In this document: one piece after another, positions 60,290 through 64,000 of the stretch
How positions within the stretch are numbered: the stretch's first letter is position 1
Layout of the letters: every line of letters begins with the position of its first letter
DNA from: Mobula birostris
Taxonomy: Eukaryota
Direction of reading: 5' to 3'
Length of the DNA stretch: 64,000 nt
Assembly: GCF_030028105.1 (NCBI RefSeq)
Contig: NC_092374.1
Location: 171,950,432-172,014,431, forward strand
Position numbers and translations under genes: made by a program
Notes under the pieces: generated by a model
Databases searched by the model: none
Seen by the model: only the letters and a program-made list of their open reading frames with translations
Told to the model about the DNA's origin: nothing

Positions 60290-61890
60290 CAGTAGTTCTC
60301 AAACTTTTTTGGGCCTTGACTTCCAGACCACATCCCCAGCACTACACTCTCCGTTTTTGGCCATGAGATAAAAACTATAAAGGTTTTTGATTCTTTACTT
60401 AATACAGTAAAAACAGTTTTCCCCCAACAATTTTAGAGAATTTGTAGTTCCAACTATTCACTACTTCATTGATTTTTCACGTTTCAAGGAGATGGATGGG
60501 CTTGGTGCAGTGATAGCAGCTTTTCAACATCAGGCTGAATGTCACTCGGAGTCTCAGGTCCCCACGATCAGTCATTGATGTCTGTTTCATTGCTTTGAAA
60601 GAATCTGGGTGACTGTACTGAAACCGTGCTCCACTAAATTCGATGTTAGAAAAAACAACTTGACCTTTTTCCACAGTGCGGGATAATGATCAGAAATTGC
60701 TTTCTTTCACCAAAAGTCTTGATGTGATTTTTATGAACCACAACTTCAGCTCAAAGTCCATTTTGTTGTGAGATCAGTTCTTCCTCTATTCTTCCCATCA
60801 GTTCCTCATTACAAGTGTTTAGGAATGGATTTATTACACAAATTTGAATCAAGCGAACTTCTGAAATCTTTCTGGCATATCATACCCAGATGGGGCACAG
60901 TATACTTGAAGATCATCATCAAGGTATTCGTTCTTTCTCTTCCAACTCAGAGAGGCTTGGAAACTGGAAAAGATTGTGACGGCCAATGTTGCTTAAATAG
61001 GGTTAACTTTGACAGAAATGTGGAGACAACTGATGGGACTTTGATAAGATTTACATTATTTCCTTGCAATTGAAAATTGATTTCAGTAAGCGTTGTGAGT
61101 AGTTCTGACAAATAAACAGTGTCATGCCTAATATTCTGGAGTTGATAACTGAGCGAAACACTCAAGTCACCAAAGAATTTTATCACAGTTTCAAAATGCG
61201 CATAAAAGCATCTCGGGCAGTTTCCTTTTGAGAGCTACCTGACTTCTGTGTGCAACAGCAAGCATTCAAACTGTTCATCATTTTCAATACAAAGCTCTCG
61301 AAATAGTCGAAATGAGTGCATGGGACTTGATTTTATTTGCTGCTGTGATAACAGTAGTTAATACTTTGTGCAACCAATCATTTGTTTCTTTTCGTAAAAA
61401 GATATTGTCTGTGAATTACACGGTGAATGGTAAATATGTTAGGTATCGCTTTTTTTTTTCAAGAACATAAAACCCCTCAGTGGTGCCCTGTCATAGATGA
61501 TGCTCCATCTATTTCTCATGCAAGAAAAATGGTGAGTGGAATGTCCTTGTCTATTAAAAAAATTCTCAGCAACCCAAAAGTATTGACTCACGCTTTATAT
61601 TTGTTTCTAGTCCCCTTGTAAATAACAACTCTTGAACCATGCTTTCATCTGTTATGAAGCAAACATGACCAAGAAGCAAAGCTTGGTTGTCCAGCAAAGT
61701 TGACTCATCCAACTGCAGGGTCTATTCTGTTGCGCAGTGTGTCTTCCATATTCTCAGACATTTCATCTGTTCATCTTTGAACAGCGTTGTCACTGAGTGG
61801 AATCTCTTTAATTACATTGGACGGCGATTTTTTTGTTTTTTGAAAATATTGCTTCCTCAGAATCTTTCTGTGGTTATAATGGACCACTTG
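60290..61890 (-). mobile_element. hAT Charlie/Buster-type transposon remnant
   Basis: TIR cagtagttctcaaactttt at 60290; translated pieces LQLDESTL, VQELLF, TDD-like and YLSELL..L.EINFQLQG. Confidence 0.8.
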
Positions 61891-61891
61891 A

Positions 61892-63074
61892 AGCTGAACA
61901 AAAATATAATTTCAGACTACTTGTATTACATAGGAATTTGGAGAAACAAGAAATTAACTTCTATTGCATTTAATATGTTTAATTGTATAACAGTGCTGAT
62001 GCTTTGCAATTGTTTAATAAAACTAAAAATGCTTTGTTGATGATATTCATTTGTATTCAATGTCTGCAGTTTCTCACCTAAGTGTCCAACAATAATCAGC
62101 CAGCATCGATGGATTCCAGTTACCCTGATACAATTTCTCCATGACTGCAGTGTCCTGGTGAAACCTTTCATTATGCTTGTCATGACTTTGCCAAGATTTA
62201 CGGGGAAGAGTCTAAATGGGAATGTGGAAAATGAATCTATGGTGACATGTTGCACTTCATGGTTTTGTATGCTTGAAACATGTTGTCATCCAGCTGCATG
62301 TAGTTTGGTGCCCTGTAGTTACCAAGATAATTTTCAGCAACATCCTTGAATGCCTTACATGCAATTTTCTCCAGTCCCACTAGACATTTTTCAAATTGTC
62401 TGTCATTGGTGACCTGTCATTTGTGGACCAACAAAAATACCTTTCTTAATCTTGGCATCAGTTATTCTGGGATACATCTGTCTCAAATATCGAAGTCCTT
62501 CACGGAAATTTTTGTACCTGGTGACAGCACATCCCATCCTTGCAGTCTTGAACCCAGTAATTCTGCTTTTGACATTAACAAACCCAAGTCTCTGACCAGA
62601 TCACTTAACTCAGATTGAGTTATCAGATGAGGCTCACTTGACATAAAGGGTTCAAAATCTGTTTTTGCATCAGTGTCGTTTTCCATTTCTGGCTCATGTA
62701 TCGTAGCATCTTTGTCTGCCTCCTCTGGACACTATGTCTCTGGTGGCTTCAGCATTGGAAGACTATTGTCATACGGTACAGGTCTCATGGCTGAAAGGAA
62801 ATTGGTGTGTTCAATGGATTTCTTGTTTTTAGCAGAGAAACCAGACACTGGACAGACAGGAGTAGCAGTGTGCCACATGATCCTTCTGGTCTCACCATAT
62901 CAGCTGGACAGCAAATATCATTGACTTCCGAGTACCAAGCCAAGCTCTAAGATTGATAGCACATGTAATGCAACAAATGTGAGGAGTCCAGGCTTTACCT
63001 TGATTGCCAGTTTTACATCCAATGTAGAGCTCGTGCTCCATCTTTGAGATTTCAGCATATATTTGCTACAAATA
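61892..63074 (-). mobile_element. Chapaev3-like (CMC) DNA transposon remnant, interrupted by Tc1
   Basis: WTPHICCITC, PHLITQSELSDLVRDLGL..SKAELLGSRLQGW, ERFHQD..VMEK.YQGNWNPSMLADYCWTL. Family assignment from recalled motifs. Confidence 0.7.
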
Positions 63075-64000
63075 CACTGGTATGCAAAAGTTTGGGCACC
63101 CCTGGTCAAAATTTCTGTTACTGTGAATAGTTAAGTGATTAGAAGATGAACTGATCTCCAAAAGTCAGAAAGTTAAAGATGAAACATTCCTTTCAAGATT
63201 TTAAGCAAGATTAGTGTATTATTTTTGTTTTGTACAATTTTAGAGTGATAAAAAGGAAAGGAGCACCATGCAAAAGTTTGGGCACCCCTAGAGATTTGAG
63301 CTCTCAGATAACTTTTACCAAGGTCTCAGACCTTAATTAGCTTGTTAGGCTATGGCTTGTTCACAATCATCGTTAAGAAAGGCCAGGTGATGCAAATTTC
63401 AAAGATTTATAAATACCCTGACTCATCAAACCTTGTCCCACCAATAAGCCGCCATGGGCTCCTGTAAGCAGCTGCCTAGCACTCTGAAAATTAAAATAAA
63501 TTATGCCCACAAAGCAGGAAAAGGCTAAAAGAAGATCGCAAAGCATTTTCAGGTAGCCGTTTCCTCAGTTCGTAATGTAATTAAGAAATGGCAGTTAACG
63601 GGAATGGAGGTCAAGTTGAGGTCTAGAACAGCAAGAAAACTTTCCGAGAGAACCGCTGGTAGGATTGCTAGAAAGGCAAATCAAAACCCCCATTTGACTG
63701 CAAAAGACCGTCGGGAAGATTTAGCTGACTCTGGAGTGGTGGTGCACTGTTCTGAGCGGCGGCACCTGCACAAATATGACCTTCATGGAAGAGTCATCAG
63801 AAGAAAACCTTTCCTGAGTCCTCACCACAAAATTCAGCATCAGAAGTTTGCAAAGGAACATCTAAACAAGCCTGATGCATTTTGGAAACAAGTTCTGTGG
63901 ACTGATGAAGTTAAAATAGAACTTTTTGGCTGCAATGAGCAAAGGTATGTTTGGAGAAAAAGGGTACAGAATTTCATGAAAAGAACACCTCTCCAGCTGT
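63075..64000 (+). mobile_element. Tc1 copy of the same family as 17843-19440, running off the window
   Basis: TA|CACTGGTATGCAAAAGTTTGGGCACC; transposase ATG at 63454 with an early TAA; [13 protein letters not shown] near 63900. Confidence 0.92.

Noticed and set aside
60477-61700. ZBED5/ZBED8-like host gene
   Set aside because: Many stops and frameshifts, a TIR is present and the element is interrupted by other transposons.
54271-64000. ATP6V1A coding exons
   Set aside because: No MDFSKLP-like sequence found; ATGGATTT hits near 60825 and 62815 lie inside transposons.

Overview
Repeat-rich vertebrate genomic DNA. The repeat families (CR1/HER1-type, Rex1/Babar-type and Penelope-like retroelements, tRNA-derived SINEs) suggest a cartilaginous fish, probably a batoid ray (inference). 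The one complete host gene is NAA50 on the minus strand: five coding exons (53060-53067, 29971-30107, 23687-23806, 20460-20526, 11292-11463), all GT-AG, 504 nt, 167 aa. A divergent CpG-rich non-coding first exon at about 54.2 kb is probably ATP6V1A. A minus-strand CpG-island first exon at 7.0-7.5 kb is probably USF3. Both assignments rest on human synteny only, because no coding exon of either gene was recognised. The rest is mostly transposable elements. The most notable signals are: many Penelope-like tails carrying a minimal hammerhead-ribozyme motif, some as fold-back palindromes; a young inverted CR1 pair bracketing NAA50 exon 4; a chimeric Tigger family containing a 29-bp hairpin; and a hAT > Chapaev3 > Tc1 three-layer nest. 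I found no evidence of a wholly new multi-gene system. Most listed ORFs are TE fragments or noise, and TE boundaries are approximate unless TIRs or TSDs are given.
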